In this document: positions 12,548-25,599 of the stretch, piece after piece
Numbering within the stretch: the stretch's first letter is position 1
How the letters are laid out: the number at the start of each line of letters is the position of its first letter
Source of the DNA: Dimorphilus gyrociliatus
Lineage: Eukaryota; Animalia; Annelida
Assembly: GCA_904063045.1 (NCBI GenBank)
Contig: CAJFCJ010000070.1
Location: forward strand, 29,473 to 93,472
DNA length: 64,000 bases
Direction: 5' to 3'
Notes under the pieces: generated by a model
Database searches by the model: none
Seen by the model: the letters and a program-made list of their open reading frames with translations, nothing else
What the model was told of the DNA's origin: nothing
Position numbers and translations under genes: made by a program

Positions 12548-15500
12548 TCAGTGATAATAGGATCTGGAATTTACTTTTTACCAGAAAATTGAGATAGTAT
12601 TTTTCACAGATTTAATAAATCATCTTTATATATAATGATTTTGTCATTTGTAGACATATCGTACATTTAAATAACTGAATTTTTTTGTAGAATGCAGCAC
12701 ATTTACATTTATATTATAAGTTTGCTGAATATTTTCCACAATTTTATTATAATTCTCTTTGTATTTTTGACAACAGTCTTCTTCAAATCTATTTTTCTGT
12801 GTAAATATTATGCAATTTCTTTTCAAATCTGTAATACATGAGTATTCTCATGATTATTATTGTCACAATATATATTGAAGTCTTCATAAAAAATGTGTTA
12901 TATTGCTTCGAAGAATATTTTTGAAAATATGATCATCAAGATGCTTTTCAACTTGATACATCTTTGGCATGTATAGTAATCATTTTTTTGCCACATATAT
13001 CAAACAAATTGTGAGGTTTCATTATGTAAATGGATCAAATAATCTTGCAAACTTTTCAACTGATTTTCATTTGAAATGGAACATGAATTATTCTTTAGGA
13101 ATTTTCTCCTCTAAGTTTATCTTGAATTGAATTTCAAATCCAACTGGAAGTGGTCACTGAATGTTATGTTGTAATAAACTGTTCCACTATTTCTAATTAT
13201 AGCTTTTTCCGTCAGTTCCATATATGTATAACTTTATATATATAAATTAGCTTTTTTTATAGAGCATTTTTGTTTATCATTATTGTTAATTGTTTATTTT
13301 TAAATTTATACAGTTGGTTATTGATAGAGATTCCAAATTGAACATGGCACAAGAGAATGTCAGCTTTGCTGTCATTTATTTAATAATAAAAAATGTTTGG
13401 ATTATAAAGGTTTGTTTAAGTTTTTTGTCACTATCCTTCCTTACAAATATGTTTTTATATTTTTTCACAGATCAATCATTTTATTGTAACATTTGCTGTG
13501 ACATATCAATGAAGAAATGCATTGTTGCACTTCAAAGGCTACTTCTAGTGCATCTGCTAATGAAGAAATAAGACAAACACCAAATTTTGATACAGCAAAT
13601 AATAGAAATGAGCAAACTATTGTTTGTGAAAATCATTGTGGAAATTCAAGTGGAAATGATACAAATGGCAGTATTATGGAATCACACAATGTTTTAGTTG
13701 AAGATCTTCCAGCTCAGCAAAATAATATGATGGAAGTTTCATTTATAGTTTCTCCAAAATCAGATTGTGAGAAAGAAAGTTATTCATTTAAAATCTTAAA
13801 GGGAATGAGCCAGAAAGGAAAAGATTTGCTACTTTTCAACAATTTCTGCTACAATATTAAAGAAAAAAGAAACAAGACAACTTCTGGATATGCAGTGTTA
13901 GGAACAAAAGAAACAAATGTTCAGCAACAGTTAGTCAGCATGGGAACAGTTTTTATCCTGGAAAGTTATCCATTCTCATGAAAGAGTACCTGATTTGGAA
14001 CAAAAAATAATGATTAGGAATGAACTAAAAAATGCTTGTAATAAAGATATCAGTAGTTCAGGAAAACGTTTAGCTGAAGATGTTCTGGTGAAACATTGTA
14101 GTTCTGGTGAAGTTATTCCATCTCTAGATAATTGTACAAGACTGGCAAACTGGACAAGAAAGAAGTTTAGACCAGCTGAACCTCAAAGTATTCACTTCAA
14201 CTTGGCTAAAACTTTTATTCCTGATGATTTTTTACAATGGATATACAAATGGAGAATGATAGAATACTAATATTTTCAACTACAAAGCAAATTGAATTAT
14301 TATCTAAAGGCAAAATATGGTTTATGGATGGCACATTTAAATGTGTGAAAGACCCTTTTTATCAACTTTTTTCTATTCATGGATTTATAAAAAAAATGGA
14401 GAAATAAAACAAATTCCAATGGCTTTTGCTTTTATGGGATCTAAGAGAAAGACAGCCTACAAGAAATTATTTAAGGTACAATAATTTTGCATTTTAAATT
14501 GAATAATCTAATTTGTTAAATTAACAGGCAATACAAGATTTAACAAATGGGCATAGCCCCAAAAAAGTTGTTGTAGACTTTGAAAAAGCTATTTGGAAAG
14601 CACTATCATTCACTTATCCTGAAGCAAACATTAAAGGGTGTGTTTTTCACTGGACACAGGCAATATACAGAAAGATTCAAGTAATACTTTAATTTAGTAT
14701 TTGAGGTCTAGATAGAACTGACATATTTATTTCCAGGAATTAGGATTATGTAAGATGTACAAGGAGAAAAAAGCTGAATATAGAATCATGAAGAAATTAA
14801 TGGCATTACCATTCCTGCCCTCTGATCTGATAGAACCAACATTTAAGACTATTAAAGAAATAAGTCCTATTGAAATGAAGTCTCTATTGGAGTACATTGA
14901 GACACAATGGATAAATGGATTTTATAAACCAGAGGTATGGTCTGTTTATGGTGAGGCTATAAGGACAAATAATGATCTTGAAGGATGGCATCACAGGCTT
15001 AACAAGAATCTTTGCTCTAACACTGCATTCTATTTGCTTTTAGATGAACTGAAAAGAGAAGCTGATCTGATAAAGCTATATAAAAAATTACTGAGTGAAA
15101 AGAAAATTTGTAGACAGCAAAGAAAAGCATATCAGAATATTCAGAGCAAAATATTCAGCTTATGGGAACAATTTGAAATTGCCTCAATTACCTCCCTGGA
15201 CTTACTTGATAAAGCTTCTGACATTTATTCACCAGTTTAAAATACCTTTATTCTTTAATGTTGTTACACTGTTGTCAATCATTCTTGTTATATTGCTTCT
15301 TTTTACTTAATCAATATATTAATATTTAAATATTTGTAATTCTTATTATTCATTTTTTCCTGTCAAATTGCTCTAAAAACTCCATCTATCAAATATCTTA
15401 TATCTTACTTTGAAGTTTTATAATGGACGTTTTCTCCAGTGGACGTTTTCTCCAAGCAGTGGACGTTTTCTCCAAACAGTGGACGTTTTCTCCAGTGGAC

Positions 15501-17073
15501 GTTTTCTCCTGTACCCGTTGTAATAAACTGTTCCACTATTTCTAATTATAGCTTTTTCCAAGTCAGTTCCATATATGTATAACCTTTAATATCAATAATA
15601 AGAGAAATTACTAAACAAATTACTATTATACCTGTCATATATTTCTGTTTTAATTTGATTGGTATTGATCTTTGGGGTACATAAAGTAAATCCTTTTGGT
15701 ACATTTGGCTCATGTGAAAGATATTGTTCAGACCAATTAAGATCTCCACCAATAATCAAATTTTTAAAATGCTGAAAAAAAATTACAATTTACTGTTTGA
15801 AAATAGTATGGAATGACCTAATATTTTTTTCCCAAGAGAATCACAACCTCATCATCATATTTTGCTGTTATATCTTTTGACAATTTGAAAAGAGTCTCTA
15901 TCTCTTCAGCTGTTGAAGGGTAACAATAAAATATCTTTTCAATTCGATTACTTGTTGCTTTCTTATTAGGACTAGTATGCAAAGAAATAAAGGTAAATGT
16001 ATCCAATTCACAATATTTTGTTTGAAAAGAAACAATAAGTGGTGGTCGAAAAAATTGATGCATCAACATTTTATGATTTTCTTTTTCAGTCTCCCATGTT
16101 TTTGCACAATCCAAATCTTTACTGTCAGTGTTGCAAATATTAACAAAATATTTTGTATTGTAAAGATAAGCAGAGTTTTCATTGTGGAATTTTCCGCCAA
16201 TTATTATGTAATATGGACATTGATTTTTCTCATTTAGCTGTTTATTTAAATTTTTCAATATTTCTCCATAATCTGCAGGGCTGACTGGCAATTCTTGTAA
16301 GGCAAGCAAATCAAAATTTTGTATGAGCTGAAAGAAATTCTAAATTGTGATGAAAATACCAAAAGAAATGTCTAATACTTTTGAAATTTCTTGCTCAATC
16401 TTTCCCTTTTTAATATTAAATGTTCCAATTCTTATATTCCGAACTCTATCCAATTTTTCCTCCAAAGTTGCATTCATGCTTGTATCTTGATTCCATTCAA
16501 TGATCAATTGAGACTTTTCGAAATCACATTTGCCATCCTTTGAAACATCTGTTTAAATGTATAAAGAAATGTTTTCTTCATTTCTTGATTTTTTAAAATA
16601 AAGGTATTGTATATATATTTTTACTATAAGTTAAAAGTCCTGGTTTCTCCTCATTTCCTTTAAAGTCACGTGGAAAAATGGTAATTTTTCTTTTTTCTAA
16701 GTTGAGATTTATTGTTTTCAAATGAAATATTCCTTTTTCTTTATCCCAATCGCTGTATAATTTAATAGTTTGTTGTGTGTCTCCAACCTATATAAATTTA
16801 ATGGAATAGAATAAATAAAATTTTTACAATAAAAATATTTGTTGTTAATATAAAGAATATTACATTGTCCACCAGTCGTGGGTAGAAAAATACTCCATTA
16901 GGATGATCCTCAGTAGCTATATCCAAGGATTTGACAGTTCTGTCTGACCTTTGATGAAGCAGTAGTTTTATTGGTATTTTTATTTTACATTTAAAGTGCA
17001 CAGAATCTAATTTTAAATCACGAGTTCCTGCTGTCAATTCATCAGTTTCTTTATCATTAGATTCCGTAGCCAT
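12548..17073 (-). pseudogene. DNase I-like copy B, interrupted by a left-truncated MULE
   Basis: Inverted homologue of 7117-9353; ORFs 16798-17073 and 15818-16309; last exon split; many indels in 12550-13230. Confidence 0.75.
13241..15516 (+). mobile_element. MULE copy lacking the left TIR and ~400 bp of 5' sequence
   Basis: Near-identical to ~21310-23643; right TIR 15422-15516 followed by GTTGTAATA; frameshifted transposase ORFs 13517-15240. Confidence 0.9.
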
Positions 17074-17469
17074 TTTTATTTGTGCTTTGCAAATACAGCT
17101 CCCAGTTTGTGTATATTATTAATGTAGATTAGTCATTGTTAAAAAAGTGGTGACAATAGCCATGGCTCTCAAGTTTCAGCTTATGTAGCCAAGACAAATC
17201 ATTGTAATTGTTGATTGAGTAATTTTATTGAAATTGTTAAAAAAATCACTTTTTATATATTCTTATTGCAACACAAATTGATTTGTTCAGTATAACCACC
17301 TTCCATGAATTTAAGAAAAGAGTGGTTATAACTTGTCAAAAACCACATGACAGTATTGATAATCATAATAATAATAGTATCTAAACTAGCATAGATTTAA
17401 TTAATTTAAATAAATAACTAAAACCAAGTTACATAATGTACTGTTGGCTAACCCTGTTGAATTCCAATT

Positions 17470-17690
17470 GCTCTGTACGCCAGAGACTCTTGGAGCTTTT
17501 TCATTTCTATTATAGAAAGTTTATACAAGATTTGCAAGATGGCTAAACTTCTGTATACAATAATGAAACCAAATGGGAAAAAGGATAAATTACAATGCAC
17601 TGAGGAAGCCAAACAATCATTCTTCAAATTAAGAGATGCTGTAGTTAAGCCCCATGTATTACAACTTCCTGATTTTAGTAGAAACAACTG
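17470..17690 (+). mobile_element. Ty3/Gypsy pol fragment (RT thumb/connection), duplicate of 25600-25822
   Basis: Same sequence as 25600-25822 with indels. Confidence 0.75.
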
Positions 17691-17823
17691 AATGCCAATT
17701 GTCCAATTGACACATTTTGACTGTTTAAATATGCATTATTCCTTTTGCCATTTTTTCAATTTCCCCTCTGCTAACAATTTTTTAAGGTAAAAAAGCTCTT
17801 TAATGTTTTACTAATCAACTTTT

Positions 17824-18997
17824 TCATTTTTTAACATCAATTGTTGAAATTTTTTTCTATTAAAATATGAAAAAAAGAAATCAACACATTCAATTGTATC
17901 AGAGACTTGAAAAAGTTCTATACACATTTCTTCTGCCCCATTTTTGTCAAAATCACCTAAATTAACTTTTTTAATTTTTGAACAGTTTTTCAGTAAATTT
18001 CCAAAATAATCAATTTGTCTCTGTTTAAATTACACAGTTGAAAACTAATTATCTTCAAAGCTTTTGAAATTGGTTAAGTCCATTGCAAATTCTGAAAAAT
18101 CCATTTCCCATATTACTATTATAATTTAAATTGATTTGTTCAATTTTAGAACATTTGCCAAGTAATTTTCCAATCATTATACATCTTTCTTCATTTAAAT
18201 AACAATTTTCAAAATTGATATTTTTTAATGTTTTTGATGATTTTGTAAGTCCTTTACAAATCATCTAATGCAATTCCCATATCATTATTACCTAAATTAA
18301 CTTTTTCAAGATTTTTGCAATTTTCAAATAATTTGCTATCAGTTTACTATCTTCTTTATTTAAACTGCAATATCTAAGAGACACACATTTCAAGGTTTTT
18401 GATGATTTTAAAAGTTCATTGCAAAAATAATCTAATTGATTTTTGTTTCTGTGATACTCATATAAATCAATTGTCTCTATTTCAGAGCAATGTTTTAATA
18501 AATCTCCTAATACTTTGAATAGACCTTCAAATGGACAGATTGAAAATGAAATATTTTTCAATGATTTACATGATGGTAAAAGTCCATTACAAATATCTTG
18601 AGCTCCTTTTACTGAACATTTCTCTAAGCCAGCTTTGATTATTTCTATATTTGAAAAGTGTTTTTTGAGTATATATCCAAATTTTTCACATTGCTTATCA
18701 GTCAAGTTACAGTGTTTAATATCAATCATTTTCAAAGTTGACTTTGAACGAATAAGTCCTCTACATGTTTGTAAGATTCTTGCCCCATGTTTTTTTTCTG
18801 TCTTATTTTGATGGTTTCTATTGAATCACAAAGTCCTAATAATTTCTTAATAGATTCACAATTTTATTTGTCAATTTGCAAGAAATAAATTCAATATGTT
18901 TTAAAGTATTTTTTGACTTAGCAATACCAGATAGAATATTTTCAAATTTGTCCAACATATCATTTCTATTTCCTGATTTCCAGAGTATACTTGTCAT
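17824..18997 (-). pseudogene. Frameshifted copy of the RI-like LRR gene (indels may be assembly errors)
   Basis: Near-identical to 25959-27140; broken into ORFs 18292-18735 and 18055-18264 by 1-nt deletions. Confidence 0.75.
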
Positions 18998-20896
18998 GTT
19001 TTTTGGTTTTTAACTAATAGCCATGGATTTAGGAAAACATGGTTATAGTTTAAAACCACATGACAATTATTATTATATAAAATTAAACCTCTTATCACTT
19101 CATTCCAATCAGCTAATCTTATGTCATAGACTTCAGATTTAAACGAACTTTAGAATAGCTTCTATTTCATACAACTTAGAATGATAGAATTAAAGAAGTA
19201 ATTCTAATTTCATAAGCAATAGATTCTTTAACCATAATTGATGGAGCTACTATGGAATTGGCAAAGGAACAAAGAACAAAAGGATTCTTCATTTTTTTGT
19301 TTATTGAAGTTCTAAACCATAATTTATTCAATGTATAGGCATAATTTTGTATAGATTTTATTGCAATGGACAACAAAAACACTGTAGATTTTTGACAAAA
19401 TATCTACATTTAATTTCTTTTGAAATACTGCTGTAGTTTCAAATTACATAAGTATCAGTGCTCCATCTAACGGAAGATGTAATTAATCTAATTCTAGTAG
19501 TGTGAAATAGATATAGGACATTTAAAAAGTAGTTGAGGATTTTTTCTTCATGTGTTTTAAATGGGGAATGTTCTATCTTTCTTCATTGACTGCAACGACA
19601 TCTGTATATGAATTATTATACAAAAATATTCCAATATTTTCTAATAAATATACAGTGTCCATGCCACCTGTGTGAAAGAAAACCATGTCTTCTACTTTTG
19701 GTTTTGATAGATCTCAAATAAAATGACTGCTAAGAGTTTAATTGAAATTACTCTGTTGAAATGAAACAGTCTCATAATGCATGAACAACAAAAACATGAA
19801 AACTGTTATATCACACATGGTTAGCATGTGGCACTTCAAAAGCAAACCTGCCTCTTCCATATCTGTTTTTGAAAAAGATGTAACAACTTTGACATGCATT
19901 TTTCTATATTGTTTGTTCCTTTGTTAATTCCAAAGTGGCACCATCTGTTATGGTCAAAGAATCTATTTCCTGCGAAATAAATGACTTTCTAAAGTCCCAC
20001 AACTAAAATTTCTATGAAATAAAAATCTTTCTAAACTTCCACCATTATAATTTCTAGGAAATAAAAGCTTTTTCAATGTTCCACCATTTTAATGGCTACA
20101 AAAGAAAAGTCTTTCTAAAGTTCTATCATATCTAAGGTCTAAATATCATTATGCCATTATTTCCAAGTGCACATTTTCAAACAATTGAAAAAGATTTACA
20201 TAAAATGAATCAGAAAAGTGACTTTTAGTCAGTTAGTCATTGTTCAGTGATAATAAGGATCTGGAATTTCACTTTTTACCAGAAATTGAGATAGTACTTT
20301 TTCACAGATTTAATAAAATCATCTTTATATATAATGATTTTGTCATTTGTAGACATATCGTAACATTTAAATAACTGAAATTTTTCATTGTAGAATGCAG
20401 CACATTTACATTTATATTTATAAGTTTGCTGAATATTTTCCACAAATTTTATTATAAATTCCTCTTTGTATTTTTGACAACAGTCTTCTTCAAATCTATT
20501 TTCTTCTGTGTAAAATATTATGCAATTTCTTTTCAAATCTGTAATACATGAGTATTCTCCATGATTATTATTGTCCACAATATATATTGAAGTCTTCATA
20601 AAAAATGTGTTATAATTGCTTCGAAGAATATTTTTGAAAATATGATCATCAAGATGCTTTTCAACTTGATACATCTTTGGCCATGTATAGTAATCATTTT
20701 TTTGCCACATATCATCAAACAAATTGTGAGGTTTCATTATGTAAAATGGATCAAAATAATCTTGCAAACTTTTCAACTGATTTTCACTTTGAAATGGAAC
20801 ATGAATTATTCCTTTAGGAATTTTCTCCTCTAAGTTTATCTTGAATTGAATTTCAAATCCAACTGGAAAGTGGTCACTGAATGTTATGTTGTAATA

Positions 20897-23643
20897 GAAT
20901 TATGGAGAAAACGTCCACTGGAGAAAACGTCCACTGGAGAAAACGTCCACTGATTGGAGAAAACGTCCACTGGTTGGAGAAAACGTCCACTGGAGAAAAC
21001 GTCCACTATGTGAAGAATATATTAAAAAATACTTTTTCAAATTTAAATTTTTATTATTGATTTTGAGATATATCCAATACATTCCCATAATGCAATCACT
21101 TTTGGTAGCCATTTTGAAATCCAGACAGGAAACAGTTCTGGGATCTTCTATGTTTTTCATGGAAAGTGAATATTGTGCATATTTCATCTACAATTTTTCA
21201 GAATTTTTTGCAGTTTGAAATATATTTCACTATTGAAAACCATCAGACAAAACACAAACTTTAGAATTGATATCAGTAAGTTATAGAATATTGTGTTGAA
21301 ATGATTTATTTATAAATTAGCTTTATTTTTATAGCAGCCATTTTGTTTATCATTATTGTTAATTGTTTAATTTTTAAATTTATACAGTTGGTTATTGATA
21401 GAGATTCCAAATTGAACATGGCACCAATTTGTTACATTTGTGAAGAGAGAATATATGGAAGACAAAATCAAGAGAAATGTCAGCTTTGCTGTCATTTATT
21501 TAAAATACATAAAAAATGTTTGGATTATAAAGGTTTGTTTAAGTTTTTTGTCACTATCCTTCCTTACAAATATGTTTTTATATTTTTTCACAGATCAATC
21601 ATTTTATTGTAACATTTGCTGTGACATATCAATGAAGAAATGCATTGTTGCACTTCAAAGGCTACCTTCTAGTGCATCTGCTAATGAAGAAATAAGACAA
21701 ACACCAAATTTTGATACAGCAAATAATAGAAATGAGCAAACTATTGTTTGTGAAAATCATTGTGGAAATTCAAGTGGAAATGATACAAATGGCAGTATTA
21801 TGGAATCACACAATGTTTTAGTTGAAGATCTTCCAGCTCAGCAAAATAATATGATGGAAGTTTCATTTATAGTTTCTCCAAAATCAGATTGTGAGAAAGA
21901 AAGTTATTCATTTAAAATCTTAAAGGGAATGAGCCAGAAAGGAAAGATTTGCTACTTTTCAACAATTTCTGCTACAATATTAAAGAAAAAAGAAACAAGA
22001 CAACATTCTGGATATGCAGTGTTAGGAACAAAAGAAACAAATGTTCAGCAACAGTTAGTCAGCATGGGAACAGATTTTATCCTGGAAAGTTATCCCATTC
22101 TCATGAAAGAGTACCTGATTTGGAACAAAAAATAATGATTAGGAATGAACTAAAAAATGCTTGTAATAAAGATATCAGTAGTTCAGGAAAACGTTTAGCT
22201 GAAGATGTTCTGGTGAAACATTGTAGTTCTGGTGAAGTTATTCCATCTCTAGATAATTGTACAAGACTGGCAAACTGGACAAGAAAGAAGTTTAGACCAG
22301 CTGAACCTCAAAGTATTCACTTCAACTTGGCTAAAACTTTTATTCCTGATGATTTTTTACAAATGGATATACAAATGGAGAATGATAGAATACTAATATT
22401 TTCAACTACAAAGCAAATTGAATTATTATCTAAAGGCAAAATATGGTTTATGGATGGCACATTTAAATGTGTGAAAGACCCTTTTTATCAACTTTTTTCT
22501 ATTCATGGATTTATAAAAAAAAATGGAGAAATAAAACAAATTCCAATGGCTTTTGCTTTTATGGGATCTAAGAGAAAGACAGCCTACAAGAAATTATTTA
22601 AGGTACAATAATTTTGCATTTTAAATTGAATAATCTAATTTGTTAAATTAACAGGCAATACAAGATTTAACAAATGGGCATAGCCCCAAAAAAGTTGTTG
22701 TAGACTTTGAAAAAGCTATTTGGAAAGCACTATCATTCACTTATCCTGAAGCAAACATTAAAGGGTGTGTTTTTCACTGGACACAGGCAATATACAGAAA
22801 GATTCAAGTAATACTTTAATTTAGTATTTGAGGTCTAGATAGAACTGACATATTTATTTCCAGGAATTAGGATTATGTAAGATGTACAAGGAGAAAAAAG
22901 CTGAATATAGAATCATGAAGAAATTAATGGCATTACCATTCCTGCCCTCTGATCTGATAGAACCAACATTTAAGACTATTAAAGAAATAAGTCCTATTGA
23001 AATGAAGTCTCTATTGGAGTACATTGAGACACAATGGATAAATGGATTTTATAAACCAGAGGTATGGTCTGTTTATGGTGAGGCTATAAGGACAAATAAT
23101 GATCTTGAAGGATGGCATCACAGGCTTAACAAGAATCTTTGCTCTAACACTGCATTCTATTTGCTTTTAGATGAACTGAAAAGAGAAGCTGATCTGATAA
23201 AGCTATATAAAAAATTACTGAGTGAAAAGAAAATTTGTAGACAGCAAAGAAAAGCATATCAGAATATTCAGAGCAAAATATTCAGCTTATGGGAACAATT
23301 TGAAATTGCCTCAATTACCTCCCTGGACTTACTTGATAAAGCTTCTGACATTTATTCACCAGTTTAAAATACCTTTATTCTTTAATGTTGTTACACTGTT
23401 GTCAATCATTCTTGTTATATTGCTTCTTTTTACTTAATCAATATATTAATATTTAAATATTTGTAATTCTTATTATTCATTTTTTCCTGTCAAATTGCTC
23501 TAAAAACTCCATCTATCAAATATCTTATATCTTACTTTGAAGTTTTATAATGGACGTTTTCTCCAGTGGACGTTTTCTCCAAGCAGTGGACGTTTTCTCC
23601 AAACAGTGGACGTTTTCTCCAGTGGACGTTTTCTCCTGTACCC
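20897..23643 (+). mobile_element. Complete Mutator-like DNA transposon (MULE), 2747 bp, 9-bp TSD GTTGTAATA
   Basis: TSD at 20888-20896 and 23644-23652; the empty site (reverse complement) is present in copy A near 8690. TIRs made of the 16-mer TGGAGAAAACGTCCAC (6 copies left, 5 inverted right). Confidence 0.97.
21418..23367 (+). CDS. MULE transposase with N-terminal PHD-like finger, FLYWCH and DDE domain; 3 introns
   Basis: MAPICYIC..CQLC..HKKC|..CNIC; FWICS..C..HSH; WFMDGTF, VVVDFEKA, GCVFHWTQA, RTNNDLEGWH. Introns 21533-21593, 22603-22654, 22808-22863. One homopolymer frameshift near 21945 that is in frame in the 13241 copy. Confidence 0.92.
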
Positions 23644-25599
23644 GTTGTAATAAACTGTTCCACTATTTCTAATTATAGCTTTTTCCAAGTCAGTTCCATA
23701 TATGTATAACCTTTAATATCAATAATAAGAGAAATTACTAAACAAATTACTATTATACCTGTCATATATTTCTGTTTTAATTTGATTGGTATTGATCTTT
23801 GGGGTACGTAAAGTAAATTCTTCTGGTACATTTGGCTCATCTAAAAGATATTGTTCAGACCAATTAAGATCTCCACCAATAATCAAATTTTTAAAATGCT
23901 GAAAAAAAATTACAATTTACTGTTTGAAAATAGTATGGAATGACCTAATATTTTTTTCCCAAGAGAATCACAACCTCATCATCATATTTTGCTGTTATAT
24001 CTTTTGACAATTTGAAAAGAGTCTCTATCTCTTCAGCTGTTGAAGGGTAACAATAAAATATCTTTTCAATTCGATTACTTGTTGCTTTCTTATTAGGACT
24101 AGTATGCAAAGAAATAAAGGTAAATGTATCCAATTCACAATATTTTGTTTGAAAAGAAACAATAAGTGGTGGTCGAAAAAATTGATGCATCAACATTTTA
24201 TGATTTTCTTTTTCAGTCTCCCATGTTTTTGCACAATCCAAATCTTTACTGTCAGTGTTGCAAATATTAACAAAATATTTTGTATTGTAAAGATAAGCAG
24301 AGTTTTCATTGTGGAATTTTCCGCCAATTATTATGTAATATGGACATTGATTTTTCTCATTTAGCTGTTTATTTAAATTTTTCAATATTTCTCCATAATC
24401 TGCAGGGCTGACTGGCAATTCTTGTAAGGCAAGCAAATCAAAATTTTGTATGAGCTGAAAGAAATTCTAAATTGTGATGAAAATACCAAAAGAAATGTCT
24501 AATACTTTTGAAATTTCTTGCTCAATCTTTCCCTTTTTAATATTAAATGTTCCAATTCTTATATTCCGAACTCTATCCAATTTTTCCTCCAAAGTTGCAT
24601 TCATGCTTGTATCTTGATTCCATTCAATGATCAATTGAGACTTTTCGAAATCACATTTGCCATCCTTTGAAACATCTGTTTAAATGTATAAAGAAATGTT
24701 TTCTTCATTTCTTGATTTTTTAAAATAAAGGTATTGTATATATATTTTTACTATAAGTTAAAAGTCCTGGTTTCTCCTCATTTCCTTTAAAGTCACGTGG
24801 AAAAATGGTAATTTTTCTTTTTTCTAAGTTGAGATTTATTGTTTTCAAATGAAATATTCCTTTTTCTTTATCCCAATCGCTGTATAATTTAATAGTTTGT
24901 TGTGTGTCTCCAACCTATATAAATTTAATGGAATAGAATAAATAAAATTTTTACAATAAAAATATTTGTTGTTAATATAAAGAATATTACATTGTCCACC
25001 AGTCGTGGGTAGAAAAATACTCCATTAGGATGATCCTCAGTAGCTATATCCAAGGATTTGACAGTTCTGTCTGACCTTTGATGAAGCAGTAGTTTTATTG
25101 GTATTTTTATTTTACATTTAAAGTGCACAGAATCTAATTTTAAATCACGAGTTCCTGCTGTCAATTCATCAGTTTCTTTATCATTAGATTCCGTAGCCAT
25201 TTTTATTTGTGCTTTGCAAATACAGCTCCCAGTTTGTGTATATTATTAATGTAGATTAGTCATTGTTAAAAAAGTGGTGACAATAGCCATGGCTCTCAAG
25301 TTTCAGCTTATGTAGCCAAGACAAATCATTGTAATTGTTGATTGAGTAATTTTATTGAAATTGTTAAAAAAATCACTTTTTATATATTCTTATTGCAACA
25401 CAAATTGATTTGTTCAGTATAACCACCTTCCATGAATTTAAGAAAAGAGTGGTTATAACTTGTCAAAAACCACATGACAGTATTGATAATCATAATAATA
25501 ATAGTATCTAAACTAGCATAGATTTAATTAATTTAAATAAATAACTAAAACCAAGTTACATATATGTAGCTGTTGGCTAACCCTGTTGAATTCCAATTG

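Larger units (their letters stand above)
12083..19756. repeat. Tandem segmental duplication, unit 1 (~7.7 kb, indel-rich); partial further unit at 11189-12082
   Basis: Collinear with 19757-27897; the junction ATTACTCTGT|TGAAATGAAACAGTCTC occurs at 12082 and 19756; 11189-12082 matches 18848-19756 and 26989-27897. Confidence 0.9.
20244..25200 (-). pseudogene. DNase I-like copy C, last exon interrupted by a complete MULE
   Basis: ORFs 24925-25200, 23945-24436 and 20276-20776. Reads in frame through GGDLNW..TEIYDR; MULE inserted in TVYYN/ITFSDHFPV. Confidence 0.85.

Noticed and set aside
20903-21006. CRISPR-like regular repeats (also 6372-6526, 15422-15510, 23551-23636)
   Set aside because: Spacers are 0-4 nt, arrays are inverted at element ends with TSDs, eukaryotic context, no cas genes: these are MULE TIRs.
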